Shown: positions 26,485 to 40,410 of the stretch, piece after piece
How positions within the stretch are numbered: the first letter of the stretch is position 1
Layout of the letters: every line of letters starts with the position of its first letter
NCBI RefSeq assembly: GCF_006345805.1
Contig: NC_043005.1
Location: 49,972,001 to 50,036,000 of the forward strand
Direction of reading: 5' to 3'
Source of the DNA: Octopus sinensis
Taxonomy: Eukaryota
Length of the DNA: 64,000 nt
The notes under the pieces: model-generated
Database searches by the model: none
What the model was told of the DNA's origin: nothing
What the model saw: only the letters and a program-made list of their open reading frames with translations
Position numbers and translations under genes: made by a program

Positions 26485-27311
26485 TTCTTTACTTGTTACA
26501 GTTATTCGACCGCGGCCATGCTGGAGCATTATTTTGAGCAATTTCTTTTGTCAAACAAATCGACCCCAATACCTGATTTTGTTTTTTAAAGCCTGGTACT
26601 CATTTTATCAGCCTCTTTTGTTGAATTGCTAAGATATGGGGACATAAACACACCAACACTGGTTATCAAGTAGTGGTGGGAGACAAACACAGCCATAAGT
26701 ACACACACACATGGGCATACATACACACACACATTGAACTTCTTTCAGTTTCTGTCTACTAAATCCACTCACAAAGCTTTGGTTGGCCTGAGACTATGGT
26801 AGAAGACACTTGCTCAGAGCGTTATGCAGTGGAACTGAACCCAGAACCATGTGGTTGGTAAGCAAACTTTTTACCACACGCCCACACTTGCGTCTATTTT
26901 AAGTATATTATAGTAAGTTTTTATTATAGAGCTGCTTCTAATGCATAATTTGAATTTTATTCTGCTTGTGATGCACTGATATATGTTTCTGAATTGGCTG
27001 TGTGGTAAGTAGCTTGCTTACCAACCACATGGTTCTGGGTTCAGTCCCACTGTGTGGCACCTTGGGCAAGTGTCTTCTACTATAGCCTCGGGCCAACCAA
27101 AGCCTTGTGAGTGGATTTGATAGACAGAAACTGAAAGAAGCCTGTCATATATATGTATGTATATATATATATGTATAAGTAAAAGAGAGTAAAGAGTATA
27201 TACAATTAATTTTTTTATACTTTATATAATTGCATGATTTAACCGTTTGAGTTTCTTGAGGGAAAAATGCATACTTTTTCACTTCTTCATTTCTTGTTTC
27301 TCTCTTTTAAA

Positions 27312-27343
<32 letters not shown>

Positions 27344-27727
27344 ATGTATTATCTTCACTTTACACCAGGTGAAGGTGTGGCTGGGTGGGTAAGAAGTTTT
27401 CTTCCCAGTTGTGTGATCTTGGGTTCAGTCCCACTATGAGCTACCTTGGAGAAGTGTCTTCTGCTGTAGCCCTGGGCTGACCAAAACTTGTGAATGGATT
27501 TAATAGACAGAAACAGAAACCAGCTCATCATATATATGTATGTTTGTGTGTGTTTGTTTGTGTTTGTCTGCTTGACAATTGGTGTTGGTTAATTTGCATC
27601 CCCATAACTTTGCAGTTTGGCAAAAGAGACTGACAGAATAAGAACAAGGATCAGTTTGTTAGACTAAAAGACCCCTTTCAAGGTGGTGCCCCAGCATGGT
27701 CACAGTCCAATGACTGAAACAAGTAAA
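26485..27727. mobile_element. Cluster of three family A SINEs (26485-26893 minus; 26993-27150 plus; 27367-27727 plus)
   Basis: Family A head and tail motifs in both orientations. Confidence 0.8.
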
Positions 27728-28005
27728 CAATAACCAATCACTCTTGCAAGAATTAATTAATGAAACAGCCATGATATGAGGGAAATTTGAAAGTATGGTG
27801 ATAGTCATAAATCTACATGGAAAAATATCACATGTGTATGTCTGCATTGAATTCGCCTTTAGGAGGCATGCAACCATCACACAATGGCTTATACGAAAAA
27901 AAAAACCCAAAAAAAAAACCGAAAAAGAAAAACAAGAAAAGAAGCCACTTAGAGGAGATTATTTCCATAGCACCTGAATTCAAGCTTCAGTAGATCCCCC
28001 TGGTC

Positions 28006-28073
28006 TTAGCAGTTGAAGAATTGTGATTTCAATATTGCTCTTATCTCCCTTTTCTCACAATCTATCCCTAATT
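28006..28073 (-). CDS. Candidate alternative terminal exon of the RhoGAP gene
   Basis: Long polypyrimidine acceptor (gtc-T-run-gtcatttttttag). Phase 1 reads (K)LGIDCEKREIRAILKSQFFNC-TAA. There is no homology support. Confidence 0.25.
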
Positions 28074-28699
28074 CTAAAAAAATGACAAAAAAAAAAAAGA
28101 CACCAAAAATCTATGACTCTTTCTCTTTGATCTCTGATCTTGTCCTTCTATACCTGATATTGAACGGAGATAAAATTTTGATTATACTCTTTAAAAGATA
28201 TAATAGTGAACTGATTGTCTGTTTTTGTATACTGAAGAAGCACAAACATGTAGAAACAGTCTGTTTATAGATATACAAAATAAAATAAATATGAAAAGTT
28301 AAATAAATATAAATTTAATTCTATAAACATAATGTTTTCAGATATTTGAAGAAACAAAATTTACTTTGCACTTCTATAATTACTTTTCTTAAATATAAAA
28401 AAGAAATTAACAAACAAAAAGAGTGAGCTATAAGCAATTAGTACACTCCTCTTATGAGAAATAAACACTGTAACAGCTATCAAGATAAGGAAAATTTGAA
28501 TGTATAACAGCATGATGATTTTATGACAGCATGGTGAATGAAGAGAAAAAATTGTTGTCATAGATATACAGAAAACACTGCGTGTTTGTGAATTCAGCTT
28601 GCTTTTCAAAGGTACACAAACTCTAAAAAAGTGGCTGATACAAAAAAGAAGTTAAAAGCAGAATTATTTCTGTTCATATATATATATATATTCATATAC

Positions 28700-28792
<93 letters not shown>

Positions 28793-29497
28793 GTGTGTGT
28801 ATGTATATTGTTTACATACATAAATATATATTGTATATGATCCAAAGATGAGGTAAAAATAAAACAGAGAGTTGCATTATTTTGATGTTGAGAAAATTGG
28901 AGGAAAAAGAAAACAACAACAGAAGGAAATGTTTTTAACATTTTGAGTATTGACTCTTCATCCGAAAGAAAGGATAAACATGGAGAGAATGGAATGGAGA
29001 AGGAAAATTAGAGATATTGAAATGCACATGTATACAACCAGCATAGCATTGTGAAAAACCTGAAGCAGTAGAAAGGTCAGTTTAGGCGTGAGTGGCAAGT
29101 GGGGACCTGAGCTTGGCAAATGTGTGTGTGTGTGAGATTAATATGAATAAATCATATGTGTGGTTGTTCGGCAAGAAATCGCCAAACCCCCATACATCAT
29201 CTAACAACGGGAGAGTCCATGGTTTGTATATATATATATATATATATTGTCATTAAATCATAAATCTGAAAGAGAAGCAAACTCTAAGTTATAGAGTAGT
29301 AGAGTATTTAGATGAAGATAGTTATGGCCTGTCTATGGGGTTACCCAGGGTTTCAGAAATGTAACACTGTGTAACCCCATACATCAGCCATAACTATCTT
29401 CATCTAAAGATACACACACACACACACATGCACAGATATATATTGCTTCTTGGGGAATCAACAGAGAGTTGTTCATATATATATATATATGTATGTA

Positions 29498-29573
<76 letters not shown>

Positions 29574-29652
29574 TATGGGGTTACACAGGGTTTCAGACAT
29601 ATAACACTGAGTAACCCCATACATCAGCCATAACTATCTTCATCTCAACACA

Positions 29653-29685
<33 letters not shown>

Positions 29686-29724
29686 TATATTTTGCTTCTT
29701 GGGGAATCAACAGAGAGTTGTTCA

Positions 29725-29764
<40 letters not shown>

Positions 29765-30078
29765 TTATTTGAGGGAATAAAATCCAAATATAGCCACGAA
29801 ACACGTGTCATTAATCTACCAATTATATATGTTTTTATCATTTTTTTGCAATTTACTTATTCATTGACATTTTATTGTTATTTTAAATTTAATATTTCTA
29901 TTATATGTAATTTTCTAGATGGTGTAATTTAATTGTTCATTTTGAATTGATAAAAGGTGTTTTTTTCTCTAATTTTATATATATATATATATATGTAATT
30001 AGTGGATTTATTTCACTAGAATTCTTATATGTTTACAAGAGCTAGATGGGCATCTCCAACTAGCAGGCCATGCTACTC

Positions 30079-30116
30079 CAGATTGATGATGAGCAAAAAT
30101 CAGAAACTAGTCTCTG
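30079..30116 (+). ncRNA. Minimal type-I hammerhead motif with palindromic stem III
   Basis: CAGA-UUGAUGA-UGA(GCAAAAA)UCA-GAAAC-UA-GUC-UCUG. The ACUAGU palindrome is typical of Penelope-type minimal hammerheads. There is one C3>U core change. Confidence 0.65.
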
Positions 30117-30279
30117 AATGCAGGCTTAGCTGTCTGGAGGTGCTTATCTCCCCCTTGTAAACATAAGGACATAGGAAATGTGTCAAGGCCGACAGGAAGC
30201 GTTACTGCTTCCTAGGGCTAAATAGCAGTAGTGTGATTCCATTCATGGGACTGTCACATTAAGTTGACAGTATACAACT

Positions 30280-30364
<85 letters not shown>

Positions 30365-30784
30365 GTAGGTGCGGGCATGGCTGTGTGGTTAGGGAGCTTG
30401 CTTCTTAGGTACATGGTTTTGGGTTCAGTCCCACTGCGTGGCAGGTAGGTGTCTTCCACTATAGCCCCAAGCTGACCGGAGCCTTGTGATTGAATTCGGT
30501 AGGTGGAAGTTACTGCCGTGTGTGTATGTGTGCGTATAGCTGCTCAGTGCCTCTCCGAAAGAGAGAGAGGGATATATATATATATATATTTCACTTAGGC
30601 ATTGCAAGACTAATAGCTTAGTGTAGAACTCAATATACATATGCTTTAGAATGACGCGTTAGTCGAGTACAGAGTTGTAATAATAAAATGAAATGACAAG
30701 GGAATAAAAGATAGTCTTATGAACTTTATTAGCTTACAGCTGTTTCGTCAACTATATGATGCAGTGAACTCATAGTTGAGTGAT

Positions 30785-30990
30785 TGAAAGCTTTACTAAT
30801 CACTGGATTGGATGCCATTGCTTTGTACAAAAGATTCTGCCATCTCTGTCCAGAATAAGAACCTAATACTGTAACAGCTTGGGATTCAAGGACCCAAGAT
30901 TCTCAATACATTTCCAAAAGGCCTCACAGATCTATGAGGAGTACATGTGGAAGTGTTCAAACAACAATTAAATGAATTTTTTCTCTACTA
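30785..30990 (+). mobile_element. CR1/Jockey-like LINE 3' fragment (copy 1)
   Basis: Degenerate ...YCNSLGFKDPRFSNTFPKGLTDL*GVHVEVFKQQLNEFFS, read across indels. Paralogous to 32970-33300. Confidence 0.6.
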
Positions 30991-31000
30991 TATATACATA

Positions 31001-31965
31001 GGGGGAAAAACTACAAGTAGTTGATAGCTTCCATTACCTAGGTGACCAAGTCAGTAGCAGGAGTGGTTGCTCTGAGAGTGTAGCTGCTAGAATAAGAATA
31101 GCCAGGGCAAAGTTCAGAGAGCTCCTATCTCTGCTGGTAACAAAGGGCCTCTCACTTAGATTGAAAGGTAGACTGTATGATGTATGTGTGCGAACAGCCA
31201 AGCAACACAGCAGTGAAACATGGACTGTGAGTGTTGATGACATGTGTAGGCTTGAAAGAAATGGAGCTAGTATGCTCCACTGAATGTGTAATGCCAGTTT
31301 GCATACACAACAGAGTGTAAGTGCCCTGAGAGAAAAGTTGGACATAAGAAACATCAGATGTGGTGTGCAAGAGAGACAACTGCATTTGTATGGTCATGTG
31401 TTGCGTATGAATTAGGACAGCTGTGTGAAAAAGTGTTACACCCTAGCAGTAGAGGGAACCTGTTGAAGAGGCAGACCCAGGAAGACCTTGGATGAGGTGT
31501 TGAAGCATGACCTTCGAACGTTCGGCCTCACCAAGGCGATGACAAGTGACTGAGACCTTTGGAGATATGCTGTGCTTAAGAAGACCTGGCAAGCCAAGTG
31601 AGCCGTACCTGTGGCTTATGCCAGTGCAGCATAACCTGCCCATTTAAGAGTAGCCTTCAATCATTGGGCTTGTGAAGACTTGCTGAGGCAAGGGAAGTTG
31701 TTGTCGTGGCTGATGACAGTACCACCTGATTAGCACTCATGCTGGTGGCATGTAAAAAGCACCATCCAAGCATGGCTGATGCCATAACTGCCTGTCTGTC
31801 CTCGTGCCGGTTGCACATAGAAAGCATCCACTACACTCTCGGAGTGGTTGGTGTTAGGAATGGTATCCAGATGTGGAAACATTTCCAGATCAGATTGGAG
31901 CCCTGTTGCAGCCTTCTGACTTGCCAGCCGTCAGTCAAACTGTCCAATCCATTCCAGCATGGGAA
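31001..31965 (+). mobile_element. 5'-truncated RTE-clade LINE (degenerate ORF end plus 3' UTR)
   Basis: GEKLQVVDSFHYLGDQVSS...ARIRIARAKFRELL...KGRLYDVCVRTA...SETW...RQLHLYGHVLRM...RGRPRKTLDEVLKHDL with several in-frame stops. Final TGA at 31599-31601, followed by the shared 3' tail. Confidence 0.9.
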
Positions 31966-32014
31966 TATTTATATATATATATACACACACACATGTATGT
32001 TTGTATATGAATAT

Positions 32015-32301
32015 GAAATTAGTTGCCCAGTATACATGCCTATAATGTTAAGGGTTAGTGGCAAAGAGAATGTCCATACTGATTGATAAGAAATTTGGGG
32101 ATACTTCATCTGATCTATGACTTAAGATTTCTACCTATAATTTTTGGAGCATTTGGCAATATGATTAACTGCCTCAGTCCCAATCTTGAGAAGCTGGGAT
32201 GCACAAAACCAGGAGGAACATACTGAATCAGAACCTTACAACTACAAATTGTGAAAAACACTGGTAAAATATATAAAACGTTCATGAAGTTCAGCAAGTA
32301 A
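32015..32301 (+). mobile_element. R4/Dong-like non-LTR element remnant (restriction-like endonuclease end)
   Basis: EISCPV...KENVH... then, after a frameshift, FLPIIFGAFGNMINCLSPNLEKLG...IYKTFMKFSK*. This resembles the EISCP...K...PIIIGALG C-terminus of RLE elements. Confidence 0.6.
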
Positions 32302-32969
32302 TAAGATACACATATGCAATGCCAGGTATGTATGATTATACATATTTGTGTGCATACATACTTATATATACATGAAAATATACATGCATGGATGATGTAT
32401 ACTACATGCATACATACATTAGCTTTTAAACCCAGATTATAAAATTCACATTTATACCAATAATAATTGGTGCACTTGGTTTTGTTAGTAAATGTTTAAG
32501 TGACAATCTGCAAAAGCTGGGGTTTTCAGAAAAAGAGATCAATCAGCTAACATGCATGTTGCAAATACAATCAGTAAGCATGACATTAAAAAATATGCAA
32601 AAACTTTTTCACGTTCAAAATGTAGCATTGTTTTTGTTATCTACATTCCAATGATGGAGATTTGTATTTTTGTTAGAAACCAGCTTCTTCTTTACAGGAA
32701 GACTTCAAGTTATCAAAAATAGAAGAGAATATATGTACAACACAAATTTATGAAAGAGTCTTGTTCCTAGGAAGAAACTGGCTCTTTCTCCATTAGCAGG
32801 AAATTTAAAAGCTAAAACCAAAAATGAACACACATACAATGAAATTAAATGGATCATTGTTGGTTTTGGTGATGAGTACTCAAGTTACTCAATCAACTGG
32901 ACTATCAGCTTATTAAATTAGATGAGTATTTCACAGATATGAAAATCCTTAGCATCAAACTTTGGTATT

Positions 32970-33300
32970 GAAAACTTTACCAATCACTGAACTGGATGCC
33001 ATTGTATAGTACTAAAGATTCTGCCATCTCTGTCCAGAATAAGAACTCAGTACTGTAACACTTTAGGATTCAAAGACCTACGATTTTCAACACATTTCCA
33101 AAAGGTCTCACAGATCTACGAGGAGTAGATGTGGAAGTGTTCAAATGACAATTGAATGAATTTTTTCTCTAATATTATAGATAAACCAACACCACAGCAA
33201 GAAACGTAAAGAAGGGCAGCTCTGTTCATCTCATTACTTCATCAGGACCTATTCCAGAGAATGGACCAGCAATTCAGTCTAAAATCAACAAGCATTCATG
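32970..33300 (+). mobile_element. CR1/Jockey-like LINE 3' fragment (copy 2)
   Basis: RIRTQYCNTLGFKDLR-FNTFPKGLTDLRGVDVEVFK*QLNEFFSNIIDKPTPQQET, read across an indel. Confidence 0.6.
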
Positions 33301-34408
33301 CTAATGGTGGTGACCCAGGATGGCCACTACCTCTGGCTAAAACTGATACAGATTCAATTTATCCACCAAGTTTCATTCTAGTTTCCAGTTCCCCACTCTC
33401 AATTATAAGTCTTGGATCAACTTGAGGCTATGGTAAAAGACACTTGCTTAAGATGTTGCACACGAAATAATGGGTGGGTGGGTGGCTGGGTCAAATCCAG
33501 GGCCTCATTATTAAGAAGCCCATCTCTTACCTATTCTGGCATACTGCATCCACAGAATCACACACACAAACACACTCATCTTATTCCTCATATGCACATA
33601 CAATTATGCACACATGCACTCACTCAGTTTGTCTGTCTGTATCTCTCTCTCACACACACACATATGCACACACACTACACAAAGTAAAGTAGTACAAAGA
33701 TAGTGATAAAAAAATGTTCAGTTATGCAATATGGCATTTTGAAGTGTTGTTACTGTTTAGTCTCAAGAATCACTGATCAAGCAGACATATAAACAGCAGT
33801 ATTCCAGCTGTGACCACCCCACTTTCTTTTCTTTTTTTTCATAGAATTTGTGTACCCTGGTCTACATTATTTCGAGTGTTCACTTTACAATGTGACTAAA
33901 GAAAGATTGGTTGCTATTTCTAGCAGGCTCAGTAACCACATAGAGTCTCTCCCTTATTAGTTTGTGTTGTGTAGGGTTATTGCATTTCTACATAAGCCCG
34001 ATCAGACAGATCTGTCATCAAAGTAATTCCCGGCCATGACCACCCTGTATTTTTCATATGACCATATCAAAAATACATTTTTTTTCGTCTAAGACAGTAG
34101 GCTATAATTTGAGCAGTATTTGGTTGCTATTTCTAGCATATTGGATGTCTCTGTAAAGCAGGTATAGGTAACCATTTTTGAAGTGCAGGCCACATGAGAC
34201 ATGACTCATACACCAGGTGGACTCCACCACTAAAAAAATATTCAAGGTAAGTTTTCATTAGGCATACCATTCAGGAAGTTCCACAGGTTATAGTTTGTCT
34301 GTGATTAGTGTAAAGACTTCCTTCTTGGTTTTGTATGCAGTATGGTGTTGTCATTGATGTTGTTATTTAGCATCAGGTCAATTCTAATGGATGATCATAG
34401 GCTTATGG

Positions 34409-35135
34409 TCATAGGCATTCCACATGTGACCATCCCGTCTTTCTTTAGAGCAGTGGTTCTCAACGATTTTTTGCCTATGGACACCTTTGATCATAAGCAT
34501 TCCAAATATGACCAAGATCATAGGCATTCCACATTTGACCATCCAGTCTTTCTTTAGAGCAGTGGTTCTCAACGATTTTTTGCCTATGGACACCTTTGAT
34601 CATAAGCATTCCAAATATGACCCAGATCATAGGCATTCCACATGTGACCATCCAGTCTTTCTTTAGAGCAGTGGTTCTCAACGATTTTTTGCCTATGGAC
34701 ACCTTTGATCATAAGCATTCCAAATATGACCCAGATCATAGGCATTCCACATGTGACCCTCCAGTCTTTCTTTAGAGCAGTGGTTCTCAACGATTTTTTG
34801 CCTATGGACACCTTTGATCATAAGCATTCCAAATATGACCAAGATCATAGGCATTCCACATGTGACCATCCAGTCTTTCTTTAGAGCAGTGGTTCTCAAC
34901 GATTTTTTGCCTATGGACACCTTTGATCATAAGCATTCCAAATATGACCCAGATCATAGGCATTCCACATGTGACCATCCAGTCTCTCTTTAGAGCAGTG
35001 GTTCTCAACGATTTTTTGTCTAAGGACACCTTTGATCATAAGCATTCAAAATATGACCTTGATCATAGGCATTCGACATATGACCATCTTGTCTTTCTTT
35101 AGAGCAGTGGTTCTAGACCATTTTTTGCCTATGGA
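34409..35135. repeat. 109-bp tandem array, about 6.7 near-identical units
   Basis: cagtggttct recurs at 34451, 34560, 34669, 34778, 34887, 34996 and 35105. Confidence 0.97.
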
Positions 35136-35392
35136 TCCCTTAGGTTCCTATTTTACTTGGGCAGACCCTCCAAGCCATTAGATGCTTAAAAAATCTTATA
35201 TATTTAGAATTAAGTATCATTAGGAATTGTATAAAAAAATTAGTTGAGATATTTTGCATATTGTAGAAGTACAACCAAAACCAATTTATTGCACATAAAT
35301 TTTTACAACAAAATCTTAAACAGACTTCCAAAGGCTAAATGGACCTCCCACCATGCTCCAAAGGTCATATGGACCCTGAATGAAAACCACTA
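35105..35392 (+). mobile_element. hAT-type MITE
   Basis: TIRs cagtggttct / gaaaaccacta, with 8-bp TSD ctttagag (35097-35104) / ctttagaa (35393-35400). Confidence 0.8.
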
Positions 35393-36107
35393 CTTTAGAA
35401 GCAAGAAATATGAAGGACTGCTTTATCCAATGTACCCTACTCTTACTAAGATAGTGCAATGTGGCTTGAAATAAATTTAGCTGCTATTTCTAGCATGTCA
35501 TACAAATGAGTACAGGTTTCATCATTGTCCCATGCAGTGTGAGGTAGTATGGGTATGACACTGCATGATGTAACAAGGGGTAATACAATGTGGTGTGGTG
35601 TGGTTTCATACAGATAAGTAAATAGCAATAATGGTGATTTTCAACTTATTGATCACCAAAACATACTTTTATTCACAATGTGACAGTGGTGGTTGGGGGA
35701 AACTAATTCTACTAGTACTACGACTAATACTACTAATACTAGTATTACTACAGCATATCATACTTCTTAGGTGAACTCTATGTGAGGAGGTGTGATAAAA
35801 GGGAAGAGAGGTAATTAGAGAGATAGAGCTAGACAGCAGGTAGATAGATAGGTAGATAGATAGACAGTTAGAGAGAGAGAGAGGGAGAGAGAGATAAAGA
35901 GAGAGAGAGAGGGAGAGGAAGAGAGAAATTGATATAGATCATAGTAACATAGAAATATATACACACATACAAACAAACTGATATAGATATGAACATCATA
36001 TGCATATATGTATATATGTCTGTGAATATATATATATATATGTGTGTGTGTATGTGTGTGAATATATATAGGTGTGTGTGTGTGTGTGCATGAATGTATA
36101 TGCGGGA

Positions 36108-36145
<38 letters not shown>

Positions 36146-36466
36146 GTATGAGTAGGTGAATAAACATAAGAAAATAGCACTCAATACATCTAGTTGGAAT
36201 TGTGAGTATTCAATAATGGATTGACTCTGCTCTACATCACTTATAGTTTCCAAGCTCTGTACACCTGAGAACACTTCTACATTCCCAGGTGTACAGAGTT
36301 AGAATAAAGATAATTTAAAAGAAATTTAAAAAAAATTTTTTAAAAAACAGCTTCTGGGTGAGAATATTTTGGTCACTCATTGGTCAGTATGGATCACATG
36401 GATACTTTCATTAGAGAGTAGCAACAGTTGATTGCATTGTATGCTTCACATGGCAGAGTAAAAGTA

Positions 36467-37032
36467 TTGGGTTGTCCGGAAAGTTTGTGCCGATTTTTAA
36501 AGGAAAGAAAAAGGTCAATAAATACTTGCCATTACATTTTTAATCAACCAAATATAAACCATTTTGTTGCATAATGCATCTCCATCTTTCCTTTAACTTG
36601 AAAATACTTTCTACTCAGAATTGAGGTGGTTTCATGGCAAAGAATTCATCAAGGTATCTTTTTACGTCATTCAAGGAATTGAAATTTTTACCTTTAAGAC
36701 TATTTTGCAGAAACCTGAATAAGTGGAAATCCGAAGGAGCAATATCTGGTGAATATGGAGGGTGGGCTAACACATCCCAGCCAAGATGCAGCAATTTTTG
36801 TCTGGGTCCCAAAGCATCAAGTGCCGAAAATGAACTTTCTTATCTTCCATTTTAAAGGGTTACATAATTAACACAGGTTATAGGAACATAAACCTTCTTC
36901 CACGAACAGTTAGCTTAAACTGTACTCTAAATGGAGGTGTAGTCAAATCCTATTTTATGGACTCAATCATGTTCTAAAATAAGTCAAAAGGTAAGCTACT
37001 ATAAATCGGCATGAACTTTCCGGACAACCCAA
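36467..37032 (-). mobile_element. Non-autonomous mariner element (566 bp, internally deleted transposase)
   Basis: About 30-bp TIRs ttgggttgtccggaaagtttgtgccgattt with TA TSDs. Encodes MEDKKVHFRHLMLW fused to LGWDVLAHPPYSPDIAPSDFHLF (the mariner YSPDLAP motif). Confidence 0.95.
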
Positions 37033-37209
37033 TATATGGTATAGTGGTGTCAGGTAGCTGGAGGTCTGTCAGATTTGAGAGTTCAGTGATGGCAGCTACT
37101 GATGCGCTATGTGGTGCAGCAAATGGTTTGGTAGTGACAAGCTATGTATCAGTTTGCATTCTGCACCCATGAAACTTTAAGTAATGTTGAACTGAGTCAG
37201 CCTGCTATT

Positions 37210-37242
<33 letters not shown>

Positions 37243-37934
37243 ACACACTTGTATGTGTGTGCTCTTGTGGAAGAGTCATGTTATCAAAGCCTCTAAACAC
37301 TCACCCGTTGTTGTTTCTTGTTTACGTACGATATTTGTTTCTTTCCCAGAAGTTTCCCATCACATTATTCCTGTCGCCTCTTCAATGTATTTACATTTTC
37401 AAATGATTTAGATATACTAATTCGTTTTTCTTTAAGAATGCCCTACATGAAACAAAGCTTAAAACCAAAGCAGGCAAATCTATTAAGTCACTACTATAAG
37501 AACCATAGCCATTCAAGTATCAAATCCCACACTTGTAGCAACTGCATGGTTATAGAAAATTTTGCCTTAACCCTTTTTGCCATGGGAAAATACATCATAA
37601 GAAATTTCATTTTAAGTGACTTCCTCACAATTTTTTAAATATTTGACAGTGAGTAAAGACTTGCATATTTAATGCTTTTATAAGACCTTTCATCATTATT
37701 TTTTTAAAATATTTTTTTTAAGATGCTGATATAATTGTCCATATGGTAAACTTGTCTTATGACAGATTTTCCTATATGGTGAATTTTCCAGACATATGTA
37801 CCAGTTACGCACTGGAGTTGATATAATCGACTTAATCCGTTTGTCTGTCCTTGTTTGTCCCCTCTGTGTCTAGCTCCTAGTGGGCAGTAAAGAAATAAGA
37901 AACTGGTATAGAATGCACCATCAACCCATAAGTA

Positions 37935-38242
37935 AACTGCAAAACTACAAATGTAGTTTACCATTCGAGTTGCATGGAAAGGTAACATATATAGGAGAAA
38001 TAGTCTGCAGTATATGTGAAAAGAATGCAGAATACTATGGCTGCATGAAAAGATGCAAATATCCTTACTCAACAAAAACTTACTATGCAAAAACTCATTT
38101 AATCAATAAAAAAAATGTTGAAGTAAAAATTCTTTCAATAAATCCGAAAGAACCAGCATTGAGATAAATTACAGAAGCTCCATGAATACAGGAAGCAGTT
38201 ACTGACACTCCTCAATATTTACTCAACAGAAAGAATAAATGA
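37935..38242 (+). pseudogene. Penelope-like GIY-YIG endonuclease remnant
   Basis: NCKTTNVVYHSSC then, after a frameshift, TYIGEIVCSICE...ALR*ITEA...YLLNRKNK. This fits the PLE pattern C..xNVVY...C...YIGET...LN. Confidence 0.6.
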
Positions 38243-38332
38243 TTCAACAATGTTCCTTTCACCACAATCCATCAACTCAGAAGTGCAAAAATATGGATTC
38301 AATAAGACTAAAACTAACCAAAGTCTGCCACA

Positions 38333-38364
<32 letters not shown>

Positions 38365-38689
38365 ACAATTGTGTGTGCGTGTATTCATATGTTGGCCACA
38401 ATAATAAAAATACTGAAGTACAAAAAAATATATAATTACACAACCAAAATAATACCTAAGTCATCGTCTCACAGGTTCGCCATAGATATCAAATATAACT
38501 ACATAACACAAGAGGAAAAATCAGTTAGTAAATCTAAATAATTTAAAAATCTAAACCTATTGAGAAGGCTGCAGGAATAGTGTAGAGAAAAATATTCTGG
38601 GAAAGCAAAATATAACTTAAAAAAAAAACATCAGCAAAAAGCAAAATTGGTGAGTGTATTTGCAGATTCAATAATATGACATTTCCAAT

Positions 38690-40000
<1,311 letters not shown>

Positions 40001-40149
40001 TTCAGTCATTAGACTGTGACCAAGCATGTTTATATGTGTGTGTATGTGTGTAAATATATAATATACAAATTGATATGGACACACGGAAAGCAAAAGTGAG
40101 AAAGCCAGTGGTTAGAAAGTTAAAAGTTGAAGAAAAAAAGTTAGAAGAT

Positions 40150-40322
40150 GTTGAAGAAGAAGGAGGAGAAGGAGGAGAGGCAAAAAAGATGAAGGAGAAT
40201 AAGAAGGAGGAGGAGAAGAAGAAGAAGAAGAAGAAGAAGAAGAAGAAGAAGGTGAGAGAGGAGAAGAAGAAGAAGAAGAAGAAGAAGAAGAAGAAGAAGA
40301 GAAGAAGAAGGTGAGAGAGGAG
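40150..40322. repeat. (GAA)n/(GGA)n purine tract
   Basis: Visible trinucleotide runs, pyrimidine-rich on the gene strand, about 90 nt downstream of the candidate micro-exon. Confidence 0.9.
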
Positions 40323-40410
40323 AAACATGACATCTACAAACGCACACACTGCGGCAGTTGGAAGAGGTTGGGTGTATTTGCTACAAACGTTTAAATGTAA
40401 AGAGACTTAC

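Noticed and set aside
34342-35029. Repeated 75-aa ORFs and a CRISPR-like look of the 109-bp array
   Set aside because: The units are wholly repeated with no unique spacers, there are no cas genes, and the context is eukaryotic. The ORFs are by-products of the repeat.
40075-40314. Lys/Glu-rich 79-aa ORF
   Set aside because: It derives from a (GAA)n tract, is antisense to the gene, and has no other coding evidence.
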